Notes: generated by a model from the letters alone, not told the origin. Numbered from the stretch's first letter, positions 13,774 to 26,640 are shown. The stretch is 56,176 bases of DNA from Octopus bimaculoides (GCF_001194135.2 NC_068989.1:28022761-28078936); one strand, 5' to 3'. Program-made: numbers and translations.

Positions 13774-13985
13774 GCAGAGAGATGGCAGAATCTTTAGCAC
13801 ATCGGGAAAAATGCTTGGTGGCAATTTGCCGACTTTACGTTCTGAGTTCAAACTGCGCCGAGGTCGATTTCGTCTTTCAACTTTCGAGGTCGTCAATATA
13901 TGTACCTGTTGAACACTGAGGTCGATGTAATCGACTTATCCTCTACCCCGAAATTGCAGGCCTTGTGCCAGAATTTGAAATCAAT
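13774..13985 (+). mobile_element. tRNA-derived SINE, family B
   Basis: TGGCAGAATC (A-box-like), GAGTTCAAAC (B-box-like), body GGTCGATGTAATCGACTTA, tail GGCCTTGTGCCAGAATTTGAAA. Homologous to 49927-50101 and 37976-38074. Confidence 0.85.
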
Positions 13986-14145
13986 ATTATACACTTGTCT
14001 GTATTTTAGCCAGCTGAGCAACTAAAACGACTTACCTCGGCGAATTCTTCAATTTTTTCTTTTTTAGACTGAGCCGAAACTCATGTCTATCTTTGTTGAC
14101 GGCAAGTAGCAAGTCTGACGCACATGCGCAGTGAGCAAACCGGAA

Positions 14146-14183
14146 GTAAGCAAGCTACTTACCACACAACCACTCCTGCGCCT
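14146..14183 (-). mobile_element. SINE family A head fragment
   Basis: Reverse complement reads AGGCGCAGGAGTGGTTGTGTGGTAAGTAGCTTGCTTAC, nearly identical to the head at 27601. Confidence 0.85.
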
Positions 14184-16304
14184 ATGAGTATATAATTACA
14201 TCTACTCTTCAAATTGCGTCTAATAAGCAAAGCAAGAAAAACATATTGTGAAAAAAAAAACATATCCAATAAGTTATAGAGATTCAAAGTTAATAAAAGG
14301 AAGGTGATTCAAAATATAACACTATAACGACTTGGTAGTTTTGTTATTGATTCGATCCAGATTAACTTTGAGTGAGCAGATCTATAGACCTGTAGTGACC
14401 ATCATATCTATCTTTTCCAGACACAGTATATTTAGAACAACATTATATAACATGGACGTATTTTTATTTTAATAAATAGCATCTTTTTTGAAGATTTCTC
14501 TATTCTTTCTAGAAGGTTAACTACATAACGGCACCCTCAACAGCCTCTGACACATTTTCATTATCTTTATGGCTTAGTCAGGCGAAAAAGAGTAGTGCGC
14601 ATAATATTCTTCCATGCTTTACTTGTCTGATAAGAAAGTGTCGAAATATGGACCGATTGTAACTTCCACCCAAGAATTGAAATGGTAAACAAACAGAACA
14701 TTACATCTGTTACTTTAGCTTGTTTATTCCACCATTTCATTTAGTATCTACATATTTAATTACAAAGAAATGTAAAAATATAATTTCAGCCAGACAAGAA
14801 TAAAACTAGTTAATCATTATATATGGCCGTACTTAGTGACAGAAAAACGAGTGAGAAAAATGTAGAGACAGTGGATGTGACACATATAATTAGAGGACTA
14901 TATTAAGAAAGACGAAGATATGGAACGAAATATTTTAATTGCAATTAAAATTCAATATCTTCAAATAGTTCTACACATAACAAACTATTTGTATAGGAAA
15001 AGTAATTTTAAAGTGTAAAGCTAATTGTTCGCTAAATATATTTGATAGAAAGTGAATATGGAAAATTATTTCGTGAAATATAACTATATATTTGATTATC
15101 AACAAAATTCGATTTAAGTAAGCAACAACAAGAATGTGTAATGATGATTCCTCAGTTCCAGTGATGCAAGAGATATTCATCACAATATAATGGAATTTGC
15201 CTTTAATTTTGTGAATTAAATATAATATCAAATAATCATCAGCGAAATGGCCAGACATGAGTGAAAATTGAGCTGAATATTCTGTTGAAGTTTTAATGAA
15301 ATATATGTGTGCACGTGCGTGCGTTTGTGTGGGTGTGTGTTTGTATGTGTGTGTGTGTGTGTGTGTGTGTNNNNNNNNNNNNNNNNNNNNNNNNNNNNNN
15401 NNNNNNNNNNNNNNNNNNNNNNNNNNNNNNNNNNNNNNNNNNNNNNNNNNNNNNNNNNNNNNNNNNNNNNNNNNNNNNNNNNNNNNNNNNNNNNNNNNNN
15501 NNNNNNNNNNNNNNNNNNNNNNNNNNNNNNNNNNNNNNNNNNNNNNNNNNNNNNNNNNNNNNNNNNNNNNNNNNNNNNNNNNNNNNNNNNNNNNNNNNNN
15601 NNNNNNNNNNNNNNNNNNNNNNNNNNNNNNNNNNNNNNNNNNNNNNNNNNNNNNNNNNNNNNNNNNNNNNNNNNNNNNNNNNNNNNNNNNNNNNNNNNNN
15701 NNNNNNNNNNNNNNNNNNNNNNNNNNNNNNNNNNNNNNNNNNNNNNNNNNNNNNNNNNNNNNNNNNNNNNNNNNNNNNNNNNNNNNNNNNNNNNNNNNNN
15801 NNNNNNNNNNNNNNNNNNNNNNNNNNNNNNNNNNNNNNNNNNNNNNNNNNNNNNNNNNNNNNNNNNNNNNNNNNNNNNNNNNNNNNNNNNNNNNNNNNNN
15901 NNNNNNNNNNNNNNNNNNNNNNNNNNNNNNNNNNNNNNNNNNNNNNNNNNNNNNNNNNNNNNNNNNNNNNNNNNNNNNNNNNNNNNNNNNNNNNNNNNNN
16001 NNNNNNNNNNNNNNNNNNNNNNNNNNNNNNNNNNNNNNNNNNNNNNNNNNNNNNNNNNNNNNNNNNNNNNNNNNNNNNNNNNNNNNNNNNNNNNNNNNTA
16101 TATATATACATTAATAGATACATATATGTAAGTACATATATGTGTTCGTATGTGTGTGTGTGTATAACCACACAAACAAATATATGCGGGCTATGTAAAT
16201 GTTCTGTATGCAAGTATTCATTAGTTTATACACTTACAATGATGAATTTAATATGCTCTATCAGCTTTAGTTGCAGATTACAATGTTGACTTGATCGGAA
16301 TGTA

Positions 16305-16375
<71 letters not shown>

Positions 16376-16387
16376 CACATACATACA

Positions 16388-16418
<31 letters not shown>

Positions 16419-16497
16419 AAAGAAATATATATATACATATATATTTGTATGTTTGTATAATTATATGTAGTATCTATGCATGTGCATATATATGTGT

Positions 16498-16556
<59 letters not shown>

Positions 16557-16699
16557 GCACTGAATGTATGAAGTTAAGTTTAAAACTGGGTGTGATGTAA
16601 AATTGGTAATGCCAAAACTATTAAACTAATCTGTGATAAAACTTTTAAAATATATTGCAAATGAAACATACTGAAAAGCGAATCGACTTGATTAACACA

Positions 16700-16960
16700 T
16701 TTTAAGAGGGTTTGAAGTAAATAATATTCTAAAGAATGATTCAAATTTAAACATAAGATATTTAAAGAAATGTATATTTTTAATGTAGAGTTAAATATAA
16801 ATAATTTGCCTAATATCTCGCTCACTGGGGGTATTAATTTAACATCTCACTCTTTCTTGTTAATGAAGCATATCGTTTGCCCGACAGAAGCTAATGTGAG
16901 AGAGGTGGAAAAACCTTGTAAAGCAGCTCCAAATATGGCATAGATATATTCTAGAGTTTA
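16700..16960 (-). mobile_element. Possible heavily decayed Penelope-like GIY-YIG relic
   Basis: Broken pieces IYAI, VGQT and EYYLLQTLLK resemble the GIY-YIG at 36822-37230. Weak. Confidence 0.3.
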
Positions 16961-17039
16961 AAATCTGGACTTGGACTAACCAAAGCGTGTCTACTTCGAG
17001 CATAAATTCATGATCTGTAATTCCATCTAACAATCTTCG

Positions 17040-17290
17040 TTCAATATTCCTGAGAGGTCGTGAGTAGTTTCGTCCTCCGGCATCTCCTCCATAGTGTCCT
17101 ATAAGAAGCAACCCTCACCACACTTTCCGGCTGGATTCCCACACATGAACACACGAGACTGTGGATAATACCCAACCATCTCATTCTTAGTCTAACTCTA
17201 GGTCTACCTCTGGGTCTCCATTCAGTTTCTTTGTTTTGAAGAATCTGTCTTGCAGTTCTTTCTGGTAAATTTATAATTACAACGGATTAG
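17040..17290 (-). mobile_element. RTE-like LINE 3' coding relic
   Basis: Minus frame LPERTARQILQNKETEWRPRGRPRVRLRMRWLGII...YRTLWRR resembles the RTE-type C-terminal RPRGRP..RW..DR..WR motif. Confidence 0.5.
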
Positions 17291-17898
17291 AATTACTACT
17301 CGCGCTGTGGTCTACCAGTGCGGTGAAGTAGCTCCTCGATCAGGGCAAGCAAAATAGGAAGGCAATCATTTGGAGGAAACTGTTGCTGAAATATTTACAA
17401 GTACAGAAAAATTAGAGAACGGAGTAGTTATTACGATCAGACTGGCGGCAGCTACTATCTACAATAATTAACAAAGCTCACTGAAACTGCTGTAGCAGCT
17501 TCTGTTTTCTCGATCAAATACGGAGTGGGAGAATAAAAGATTAGCAACTGGAAAAGACGCATAGAAAAGATATTGCAATGATGTACTGGTGACCAAAGTA
17601 GCCCTTGATGATTTCTTTGAAAAACGACAGAGAATGGGTTACTTACACTAAAACGCACCTTTGAAACAAGAGGGAACAAATCTGATCGATGTAGCCACAT
17701 TACAAATATATATATATAGTAATTAATGTTATATAAGCAGCCTAAATTGGAGTAACGTCATACCCCGTACCTACCAACACTCACATATATTTATATATAT
17801 TGCATACATATGTATATGTGTGTGTGTGCTTATGCGTCTCTGTGTGTGCACGTGCATACATATCTCCATCAATACATATATTCACTTAATATACACCT

Positions 17899-17930
<32 letters not shown>

Positions 17931-18626
17931 NNNNNNNNNNNNNNNNNNNNNNNNNNNNNNNNNNNNNNNNNNNNNNNNNNNNNNNNNNNNNNNNNNNNNN
18001 NNNNNNNNNNNNNNNNNNNNNNNNNNNNNNNNNNNNNNNNNNNNNNNNNNNNNNNNNNNNNNNNNNNNNNNNNNNNNNNNNNNNNNNNNNNNNNNNNNNN
18101 NNNNNNNNNNNNNNNNNNNNNNNNNNNNNNNNNNNNNNNNNNNNNNNNNNNNNNNNNNNNNNNNNNNNNNNNNNNNNNNNNNNNNNNNNNNNNNNNNNNN
18201 NNNNNNNNNNNNNNNNNNNNNNNNNNNNNNNNNNNNNNNNNNNNNNNNNNNNNNNNNNNNNNNNNNNNNNNNNNNNNNNNNNNNNNNNNNNNNNNNNNNN
18301 NNNNNNNNNNNNNNNNNNNNNNNNNNNNNNNNNNNNNNNNNNNNNNNNNNNNNNNNNNNNNNNNNNNNNNNNNNNNNNNNNNNNNNNNNNNNNNNNNNNN
18401 NNNNNNNNNNNNNNNNNNNNNNNNNNNNNNNNNNNNNNNNNNNNNNNNNNNNNNNNNNNNNNNNNNNNNNNNNNNNNNNNNNNNNNNNNNNNNNNNNNNN
18501 NNNNNNNNNNNNNNNNNNNNNNNNNNNNNNNNNNNNNNNNNNNNNNNNNNNNNNNNNNNNNNNNNNNNNNNNNNNNNNNNNNNNNNNNNNNNNNNNNNNN
18601 NNNNNNNNNNNNNNNNNNNNNNNNNN

Positions 18627-18662
<36 letters not shown>

Positions 18663-18667
<5 letters not shown>

Positions 18668-18830
18668 ACGGGCTTATTTCAGATTCCGTCTACCAAATCC
18701 ACTCACAAGGCTTTAGTTGGCCTGAGGCTATAGTAGAAGACACTTTCCCAAGGTGCCAAGCAGTGGGACTTAACCCGGAACCATATATGGTTAGGAAACA
18801 AGCTTCTTAACATACAGCCACGCCTGCGCT
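18663..18830 (-). mobile_element. SINE family A 5' half (rest lost in gap)
   Basis: CCGTCTACCAAATCCACTCACAAGGC...CAGCCACGCCTGCGC is the reverse complement of the family A head and core. Confidence 0.9.
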
Positions 18831-18844
18831 TATACATATATAGC

Positions 18845-19280
18845 TGAAAGCGTAGCTGTGCGATAAGAAATTTGCTTTCGAATCACATGGCTCCGGGTTC
18901 AGTTCTACTGTGTCTTCTACTATAATCTCGGAGCTACCAAAGCCTTGTGAGTGGATTTCGTAAACGGAAACTGAAAGAAGCTCGTCATCTATATACATAC
19001 GTGTGCCTGTTTGTATGTGTTTTTGTGTATATAAGTGTGTTTGTTTGTGTGTGAGTTGTATGTGTGTGTTTGTGTCTATGTTTGACCTCCACCGCAGCTT
19101 GACAATAGGTGTTGGTTTGTTTACGTCTTCTAAAATTAGCAGTTCGGCAAAAGAGACCAATAGAATAAGTACCATGCTCTAAAAAATATGTACTGGAATC
19201 GATTCATTCGATTAAAACCTCTTTAAGGTGGTACCCCAGTATGGTGGCAGTTGAATGATTGAAACGAGTAATAGGAAAAA
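18845..19280 (+). mobile_element. SINE family A, diverged, near full length
   Basis: GCGTAGCTGTGCGATAAG...GGGTTCAGTTC...GTGAGTGGATTT...CAGTTCGGCAAAAGAGACC...GAAACGAGTAA. Confidence 0.85.
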
Positions 19281-21349
19281 TACAAAAGATATATATTGAT
19301 CAGATAAGAAAAAGGAAGTATTGGAATGTTTGTTTGATTAGTTGATAGGTGTTCTCACTACATTACCAACTACATCTCGCACTACCTCAGCTATTCCACA
19401 TCAAAACATTCCATGGCAGGTGAAGGCATCTGACTTTAAATAACTAATATTTTGATTATATAGTCACAGACAATAAATGTATTTGGCTGATTTCACTCTT
19501 TACAAGTACAAGAATTGCCATATATGATGTGCATTAATAAAGTGTCAACAGTAGATATGTACAGCATCAGAAAAAGAATACAGTGAAATAAAGTAAATAA
19601 AATAGAATAAAAGGAAAGATAAAATGAGAAAGAATAAGTTTATGATAAACATTTCTTTCTGAAAGACTTTCTTGACCATTCTGTAGTATTTGAATGAATA
19701 AAATATATGATAGAAAATTGATGAAGATAAATAAGTTAATAAATAAACGAAAATAGAATGTAAAGTATGGAGAAAATTCAAGAAAAATAAATAGGTGTTA
19801 AAATATCGAGATAGTAGGCATGGTTTGTTAACGACAATGTAATCTTTGTGTAGTAGAGATTCTTAAGTACGTAGCAAAGCACCGAAACATTTGGAATTTG
19901 ACACACGGTTTGATTTAGTGCTGAAATGTCATTCGAAGACCATTGATAAGGGCACGAACGTACACACATACACAGCTCGTAAAAATATTCTTAAGACACA
20001 TTAATACACGTTCTTTCACAAACACATGCTCTCACACATTCTAAAAGACAATGTATCAAAATAGTAATTTCATAGATAGTAGAAAGTTCGTTTTGTTTAA
20101 AATACGAAATGAATGTCTATCATAAATGACAGAGAAATAGTTTGATGAAATTCTATTCAACAATAAGAAATTTCAAATATCACGACAAATTGACGATCGT
20201 CTTATTATTATTGACCTCCATAACCCTCTAAATATTGATTTTGCTTTCTTGAGACGTTAGGTCGAGAATTTAATATTAAACAAAGACTACCTTTCACCTG
20301 AGGAAAACGCATATAATCAATAAGTTCCTTTAATTCCTACATACTTTTCAAAATATATATGCATTTCTATTCCAAAGAAGTAAGAGGTGCCGGAATTGCA
20401 CATAAATTCATCGTCAGGGAGCCAACATACAAAAGCAAGACTTGCGCTAAATGCTGAGATTGCGTACGAGTTATAACATTATATAGCTAAGTAAATGACC
20501 GTTAGAAACAAGAACGCTGGTTTACAGGGAGCTATTAAGGGAGAGAGGCTAAGAACGCTATACTAAAAGTTTAAATTAGAGGAAGGCATAAAAAAATCTA
20601 AAGTTAAAAAAAAAACAACTAAAAACCAGAAAATGAGGAAGGGAGAGAATCCAATGAATTCATTATATACTATTATTACTCCTTATGTAAACAAACTTAT
20701 ATACTGAGCGAAGATTGTAAATATAATAAGTAAACATCCATAGCATTGTATCATATTAAGATACGGTTATTAACCTAAATAAGTGGTAATACAAGGTATA
20801 AAGCTATCATATGATGAAATAATAATAATATAATTCAGCCTTTATGTTCAATTACAGCACCTCTTACTTCTTTGGAGTCGAGTGCACATATATTTTGAAA
20901 CATATGTAGGAATTAAAGGAACTTATTGTTTATATGCGTTTTGCTCCATTTATTATTATTCTTCATATCTATTCAAAATACTTCACTTTAACTTGGCATT
21001 TCTACCTATTAACCGGGTATGATATCCCAGTTTTTGTGTCATTTTTGCTACCCTGGTAACTATTAACATATTTTCATTATCGAAGTTTTTTTCAACTGAG
21101 ATAATATTAATATATACATAAATTAAATATATATANNNNNNNNNNNNNNNNNNNNNNNNNNNNNNNNNNNNNNNNNNNNNNNNNNNNNNNNNNNNNNNNN
21201 NNNNNNNNNNNNNNNNNNNNNNNNNNNNNNNNNNNNNNNNNNNNNNNNNNNNNNNNNNNNNNNNNNNNNNNNNNNNNNNNNNNNNNATATATATATATAT
21301 GTATATGTATATACATATATATGTATGTATATATAGATAGATACATACA

Positions 21350-21391
<42 letters not shown>

Positions 21392-22324
21392 CATACATAC
21401 ATACATAAATACATACATACATACATACATACATACATGCATACATATACAGATAGGAAATCACACACATACACCGATTCATACTCCTTCTAACTAGTTC
21501 ACTATGAATCCTCAGTCCTAAGAGTTAGGATTCTATAATACACCATAGTTAAGGTTACATATGTAAATTAAAACGACAAGCTAAATGTGATGAATCAGCT
21601 TTAATAAAAAAAATACGGAAACATAAATCTAGAAGGAAAGAAAGAAGACTAGATTTTAGAACTAACTAGTAGTTTTATTTGCGCAGTATAGTTCACACTA
21701 TAGTTTAATTATTAGTATAATATAGGGATGGCCAATGGAACTTTTGCGGATTTTCCATAACTAATTTATGAGAAAAGATTTATGGTTAATTAGTTCATAG
21801 TTTAACGATATACATTAATTATAGTTATCATTACCATCTTTATGTGGCAATTCTGAATAGCCAATCAAAATAAACCTAGTCTGAACTGGAATTAGCTATA
21901 CCAAGCAAGGAAGGAATAAAGTGACAGAAAAATAAATGTTATACTAATTAGAGGAAGCAGACTTAAAGAGATTGACTAGTAAGAATGATATTAAGAGTGC
22001 ATTTAGGTTAAAGCTAGTACGTTTATTTTTATTACCGTGTAGGAATGACAGACGGTACATGTGTGGACATGATATTACAACATCATCTCGTTGATTAATG
22101 AGATTTGACTTTCGATTAATTATTACATAAGACTCAGAGGAATACAAATTACATCTATCATTACAAACTTTATACAGTTTGTAATGACAGAGCAAGCAAT
22201 TTCATACTCAATTTCCTCATCAGCAAGCAACCATAGAAAATTAGCTAAACATGTAAAAGAAGCATTTCTTGTATCGCTAAAGTTGCAAATGTGATTATAT
22301 CTTCATTTAAGATTTTTATGATAC

Positions 22325-22570
22325 ATCTGATATATACGTAGACATTTCCAACACTACGTACGTCACATTTATATCCAACATTCTTACTAAGGCGATGCAC
22401 TAACTGATGAGGGGTATTACGCCATCAGTACCCACTGGCAAATATTTCGCTAACGTCTACATGACAAACTTCGAGACAGTTAATAGAGATAGTCAAATAT
22501 TTGCACGATCAAGAGCCAATTTTCTGCTTACGGTTCATGGATGACATCTTTAATTTATATCTAGGAAGGA
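22325..22570 (+). mobile_element. Penelope-like reverse transcriptase relic
   Basis: Pieces SHLYPT, GKYFANVYMTNFE and FCLRFMDDIF (RT catalytic DD in the PLE-type RYxDDIF context), interrupted by stops. Confidence 0.6.
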
Positions 22571-23157
22571 TCACAGATCAGTTTAGTTACTTCTTGCATT
22601 TTTGTTACTATTCACAAAAGTTATGGCTTGGAGTGCAATATAAAATACACGTCTATTTTCTAAAATCTAGCGTTGAGTTTTGGAATCAAAGTTGAGTTTT
22701 CAGAAGGTCGAATAGTGACAGCATATATATATATAAATATATATANNNNNNNNNNNNNNNNNNNNNNNNNNNNNNNNNNNNNNNNNNNNNNNNNNNNNNN
22801 NNNNNNNNNNNNNNNNNNNNNNNNNNNNNNNNNNNNNNNNNNNNNNNNNNNNNNNNNNNNNNNNNNNNNNNNNNNNNNNNNNNNNNNNNNNNNNNNNNNN
22901 NNNNNNNNNNNNNNNNNNNNNNNNNNNNNNNNNNNNNNNNNATATATTATATATATAGCCACACTGACATATATACAAACGTATATTAACTTATGCAAGC
23001 AAATACATATATCTTTATACTTGCACAAACATAACAAACATACATAGATACACACACATAGAGACACACATACATAGAAACACACATGGATACACACATC
23101 CAACCAACCATCCAACCATACATACATATACACAAACATACATACATATACATATAT

Positions 23158-23200
23158 ACTATCAGTATAACCCGACGTTGTCCGGGTGTGACTTATTACG
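23158..23200 (+). mobile_element. Possible Helitron/Helentron-type non-autonomous element terminus
   Basis: ACTATCAGTATAACCCGACGTTGTCCGGGT directly after (TA)n, containing a short ACCCG..CGGGT hairpin. Resemblance judged by eye only. Confidence 0.4.
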
Positions 23201-23285
23201 CTATCTACGATAACTCTTCCCAGGTGAAAATCAACTAAAAAAGAAAGCGTTACAACGAAAAAAACCCTTATGATGTATGTATGTA

Positions 23286-23319
<34 letters not shown>

Positions 23320-23567
23320 NNNNNNNNNNNNNNNNNNNNNNNNNNNNNNNNNNNNNNNNNNNNNNNNNNNNNNNNNNNNNNNNNNNNNNNNNNNNNNNNN
23401 NNNNNNNNNNNNNNNNNNNNNNNNNNNNNNNNNNNNNNNNNNNNNNNNNNNNNNNNNNNNNNNNNNNNNNNNNNNNNNNNNNNNNNNNNNNNNNNNNNNN
23501 NNNNNNNNNNNNNNNNNNNNNNNNNNNNNNNNNNNNNNNNNNNNNNNNTACATATATATATATATAT

Positions 23568-23758
23568 GAGTGGGTGTGTGGTAAGTAGCTTGCTTACCAG
23601 CACATGGATCTGGGTTCAGTCCTTGGACAAGTGTCTTCTACTATAGGCTTAGGCCGTCCAAAGTCTTGTGAGTGGATTTGGTAGACGGAAACTGGAAGAA
23701 GCACGTCGTATATATGTATGTATATATGTATGTATATATGTATGTGTGTGTATATGTT
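23568..23758 (+). mobile_element. SINE family A 5' half, same variant as 7878
   Basis: Shares the CATGGATCTGGGTTCAGTCCTTGGACAAG junction (internal deletion relative to other copies) with the 7878 copy. Confidence 0.9.
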
Positions 23759-24107
23759 TTGAATATCAAGGAACATTTATGCAGATATAACAATTTAAAG
23801 GATAAGCTTATTACAATGGATAATACTAAGTGGACTTTTCCTTTTTGACTCTCCTTTTCTTTTTTCTTTGTGATGTAATCTTGGGACTGAAAATGTTTGC
23901 GGCTGAAGATAGCTTTAAACCATCCTTTCTATCAATTATATACTCATATAATGATACAACGACAGTTTGTGTATAAAACTTGAAACACGTGTACCGCGAT
24001 ATCCCTTGTGTTCTGTTTTCATTTTACGTTTTAATATATTCTTTCACCTCGGCCACTATCTGGCATATACAGGTGCTTACACTTATCAAGTATTACCTCT
24101 AAAATTT

Positions 24108-24147
<40 letters not shown>

Positions 24148-24299
24148 AATGTAAGGTCCAGGCATCGAGGTGTGGGCAACAAGGGTTGCCCAATGTACGA
24201 AAAAGAATGCAAGAGTTACGGAAAGGAGTATGGGAAATAAGGGCTATATTTTTTCATAGCGAGTGAAACCTCAGAAGTGGTAAAAATCCAAGTGAAGTG

Positions 24300-26640
24300 T
24301 ATACCGTCGGCTACTCTTCAGGCCAAGGATATCTTGATTAGATTAAAGACTACATTGTTGCAAGGAGGTACATGTTGACATCAGGATTCAAACAATGTAT
24401 GGAGTGCAGAGTATGTGAGGGGTATATATAAATGAAGGGAGAAATAAGTAATAGCAGGGAAGAAAGAAGAGAAAGAAAATTAATTAATTAATAAAATAAA
24501 ATACAGGGGAGTGAGACAAAAGAATTTAACGGGTCGGTGGTAGAAAATATACTAGTTTTAGCTTAATAATCAAATTCAGTTGTGAGATGCAGTTGAAGGG
24601 AAGAGAAATTGGAGAGGAGAGAGTGGGGAAATATTTTTGATCGTAAAGAAAGTATACATGAATAAAGTGTCTGGTCGTATCCTCTGTGGTATTCTCTATT
24701 ATGACAGAAGTTATGTTTTAGTGTTGTAAATTTAAGGGTCGGTTGTTACCAATGGCACGATAGTTATAGTTTTTAGGGTTTGTTTTGTTATGGGGATCAG
24801 TTGGTGTATTGGATTTATATGAATTGAGTCGGGGTTAGCGGTTAGTGGATTTTGGAGTTTGATGTTGTTAAAATGGTTAACTCTGGCAATGCTGGTGGTG
24901 GTGGTGAAGTAGAGGTTAAATATTTTTATAAGGGGTTTAGATTTAGGGATTTTTTTTTTGAGTAGGGTGAAGAAGAGTTTGGGTACTCGATTCTGGACGT
25001 TAAGGGCGAAGTGGGGTGGAACCATATGATGTCTCGGTTTCTTGTCTGTTTAATCTGATTGGGGGTTATCTGGGTGGAGATATGGACTTGAATGTGTATG
25101 TTGGTGTCTGTTTGGTTGGTTGTGGTGTATATAAGATTAGGAGTTATCTGGTAAAGGGTGCGTTTGTTAGGTCGATTTCTACTCCAATGTTTGGGTGGGT
25201 ATTGGGAAGTGGGTTTGGGGTTTAGGTCTATCCTATGGCGGTTGGCAACTGTTTTTTGCTCTGTGTCTAGTTGAAAGAGGGATTCTCACATAGGGATTAT
25301 TTAGTTGAATGTTTATATCCGGCATGTTGTATGGTACAGTTGTAGTATTCAGAATATTGATCGGATAACTCTTTGTTACCAGATAATGAGGAGATGCGGT
25401 AAGACACGCTTTCTACAATCGATTTCAGATTGTCCGGTTACTAGAATTTTGGATAGTACACACATCGTCATCTCTGCATAGACCAATGGAGATGTTGAGA
25501 AATTGTTCATGGAGACCGTTAAGTAGGTAGAGTCCGACGAGGTCCCATAAGTCTTTGCGACCAAGGATTTCCCATCGAAAGATATATTTTCGGCGGGTTG
25601 CTAGAATAATATTAATATCTTCGAGAGATTGGAATATTCCTTCGTGAAAATTAGAGACTTATTAAGAAGAAAAGGAGAAATGCTGGGGGTATTATTGATT
25701 AATGTCGACTTGTATAAATTTAAAGGAGTGCTTAGGAGATAGCTTCAAGTGGTCTTGGTACAGAGCTTTAATGAAGAAGCCGTGTAAAGTTGGGGTATTA
25801 TTCGACCGAGTAAAATTTTGTTAATCTTATTTATATCGGAACTGGAGGGGTAGATGAGACCGACAGAGGGGTTTTCAACACCCATCTAGCTTATATTAAC
25901 CATCTAGACTTCAAAATGAATAATGGTTTTGCAAAAATGAAAACTACCTAAAAGTGTCTTAAATCGACTGGAAATCACGAAATAAGCATTTTCAAGTTTT
26001 GTTGTTTTTTCATGGTTATTTGCCAAATTTTGTGAGTTTGTGTATTCTGAAAACGCTTGTAACATCGATGAACTCTATGATAAATATAATGTTTTCAACA
26101 CCCATCTAGCTTATATTAACCATCTAGACTTCAAAATGAATAGTGGTTTTGCAAAAATGAAAACTACCTAAAAGTGTCTAAAATCGACTGGAAATCACGA
26201 AATAAGCATTTTCAAGTTTTGTTGCTTTTTCATGGTTATTTGCTAAATTTTGTGAGTTTGTGTTTTCTGAAAACGCTTGTTGCATAATTTTCTGTGTGAT
26301 CCTTTAAGCTGATATGTGGTGGACGGAGTGTGGAAGGTTCAGTCTTTTCCTCTAGTCCAAGTTTGAAGACGAGATCTCTATTTCTCTGGTTGATTTTTTT
26401 TAATGCTGAGTCAGGTACAATTGTGTACTTGTTTGAGCATTAACTCTCGATATTTGTCCAGGGAAACCTTATACAAATTCCCTGTGTTACCAGCATGAAA
26501 GAAGATTCCGGGGTATTTCTGAAGTTCTTTGATAATCTTATCGATTTTGGTTAGGTGGGGGTTGGTTATATACACCACAATCCAGCAAAGCAGACGCCAA
26601 AGTACACATCCAAAATAATTTGACTTCATTAACCAATCAA
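24300..26640 (-). mobile_element. Decayed Penelope-like element (YRDD-type RT, probably Neptune-like) with internal insertion and deletions
   Basis: Minus-strand pieces in the expected order: NTGNLYKVSLDKY, ISLKDHTEN, NPSVGLIYP, FIQVDI, DLVGLYLLN..IGLCRDD, YYNCTIQHAGY, RDIIWFHP..KLFFTLLKKKIPK. Collinear with 46850-48450. Confidence 0.8.
25871..26280. repeat. Direct repeat, about 190-bp unit x2 (period 220 bp)
   Basis: GTTTTCAACACCCATCTAGC...TGAAAACGCTTGT starts at 25871 and again at 26091, with only a few substitutions. Confidence 0.95.

Noticed and set aside
20411-20417. Minus-strand CTGACGA
   Set aside because: No stem II, GAAA or stem III downstream.
22404-22450. CTGATGA as a hammerhead core
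   Set aside because: No GAAA after a closed stem II; it lies inside an RT coding relic.
24173-24192. 8-bp hairpin TGGGCAAC-AAGG-GTTGCCCA
   Set aside because: Too short to be significant in 56 kb and has no associated feature.
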